Below, piece after piece: positions 39,061-40,179 of a stretch of DNA of 40,179 nt; the stretch's first letter is position 1; the number at the start of each line of letters is the position of its first letter. This DNA comes from Verrucomicrobia subdivision 6 bacterium BACL9 MAG-120507-bin52 (GTDB lineage: Bacteria; Verrucomicrobiota; Verrucomicrobiia; Methylacidiphilales; Verrucolacustridaceae), in contig LIBO01000001.1 in assembly GCA_001438005.1 (NCBI GenBank), positions 1-40,179 on the forward strand, given 5' to 3'. A program made the position numbers and the translations under genes. The notes under the pieces are model-generated. The model was not told the origin of the DNA, did not search any database, and saw only the letters and a program-made list of their open reading frames with translations.

Positions 39061-39154
39061 TTCATCGCCCGCTACCGGCGATGAAAACAAACCAAAAAAT
39101 AGAATCGGCCGTCGGTCCCTTTCCCAGGTAGCGGGGGAGGGGAAACCCGGCCGG
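39061..39154 (+). ncRNA. Candidate two-hairpin kissing-loop RNA upstream of rpoA
   Basis: Hairpin 1 TTCATCGCC/GGCGATGAA with loop CGCTACC; hairpin 2 loop AGGTAGC is complementary to it. Confidence 0.6.
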
Positions 39155-39170
39155 AAAGAGAGAAAAGATT

Positions 39171-40179
39171 ATGCCACTACGACTCGGACGATTCGAACTG
39201 CCCAATCGGCTGCAAAAGAATGAAGAAACCGCCACAGAGACTTATGCCCAATTTACGGCGGAGCCTTTTGAGGCTGGCTATGGAACCACCTTAGGCAACT
39301 CTCTGCGCCGCGTCCTGCTGAGCTCGCTCGAGGGTGCCGCCATTACGAGCGTAAAAATCGCTGGGGTGCAGCATGAATTCAGCACGATCGAGCACGTGGT
39401 GGAAGACATCACCGAGATCGTTTTGAACCTGAAGAAATTAAAATTTAAGCTTCCGAACCGTGAACCCCGTCTTTTGACCCTCAAGGTGAATAAGGAGGGA
39501 CCGGTGACTGCTTCCGATATCGAATTGGACGCCGGGATTGAAGTCTTGAATCCTAAAGAGGTGATTTGCACTTTGGACAAGAAAGCGAAGTTCGAGGCTG
39601 AATTTGAAGTTCGCGTGGGTCGCGGGTATGCCACTTGGGAAGACAACAAGCGGGAAGATTCCCCCATCGGCCTAATCCCGGTGGATTCTCTTTTCTCTCC
39701 TGTAACCAAGGTGAAGTATGAGGTGAAGAATACTCGTGTCGGCCAACGCACCGATTACGACAAGCTCGTGCTCGAGCTGTGGACGGACGGTCGCCTAACG
39801 CCGGACGAGGCCTTGCTGCATTCGGCGGGCATTTTGCGTCATCACCTGGATATCTTTGCCAACTTTGACAAAGAGCCGATTGAGTTTGAAGATGTGAAAT
39901 TTGAGGCGCCGGTGGAAAACACAGCCTTGAAAAAGCTATTGGCAATGAGCGTCAACGAGATCGAGCTCTCGGTGCGTGCGGCCAATTGCCTGAACAATGC
40001 CAATATCACGACAGTAGGAATGTTGGCCCTGAAGTCGGAAGCGGAGATGTTGAAGTATCGCAACTTCGGGAAGAAATCCCTCAATGAGATCAAGGATAAG
40101 TTGACCTCCTTGGGTTTATCCTTGGGAATGAAGTTTGATGCGTCGATGTTAACAATTCCTGTGGCCCCCGTGGAAGCGG
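39171..40179 (+). CDS. rpoA: RNA polymerase alpha subunit (3' end outside the window)
   Basis: Translated by hand: MPLRLGRFELP...EPFEAGYGTTLGNSLRRVLLSSLEG...ELSVRAANCL...NFGKKSLNEI; no stop before the window end. Confidence 0.98.
   Translation, partial: MPLRLGRFELPNRLQKNEETATETYAQFTAEPFEAGYGTTLGNSLRRVLLSSLEGAAITSVKIAGVQHEFSTIEHVVEDITEIVLNLKKLKFKLPNREPRLLTLKVNKEGPVTASDIELDAGIEVLNPKEVICTLDKKAKFEAEFEVRVGRGYATWEDNKREDSPIGLIPVDSLFSPVTKVKYEVKNTRVGQRTDYDKLVLELWTDGRLTPDEALLHSAGILRHHLDIFANFDKEPIEFEDVKFEAPVENTALKKLLAMSVNEIELSVRAANCLNNANITTVGMLALKSEAEMLKYRNFGKKSLNEIKDKLTSLGLSLGMKFDASMLTIPVAPVEA

Overview
All supported genes in this 40 kb window are on the + strand. It is core chromosome, probably from a Verrucomicrobiota (PVC) bacterium, which is an inference from protein features and gene order. 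1-4.7 kb holds parB (partial), mutL, an IscS/NifS-like gene, mrp/apbC and a small DUF4032-like gene. 4.7-9.1 kb holds pyrR-pyrB-pyrC-carA and an FHA-domain gene. From 9.3 kb to the end is the translation/transcription superoperon: tRNA-Thr, tuf, tRNA-Trp, secE, nusG, rplKAJL, rpoBC, the str, S10 and spc clusters, secY, map, rpmJ, rpsMKD and rpoA (partial). I saw no mobile elements or CRISPR arrays. The notable departures from the usual pattern are: (1) an uncharacterised, probably exported protein inserted between rpsS and rplV with overlapping start/stop codons on both sides; (2) several candidate structured cis-RNAs, including a kissing-loop pair before rpoA, a 3-way junction between rplJ and rplL, and a long rpsL leader; (3) an IscS homologue with Arg in place of the PLP lysine, next to an Mrp lacking its CxxC; (4) a PyrR site covering the pyrR ribosome-binding site; (5) Zn-ligand-depleted S14 and L36; (6) extra hydrophobic segments on SecY and SecE. 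All calls were made by eye, with no database searches or folding runs.
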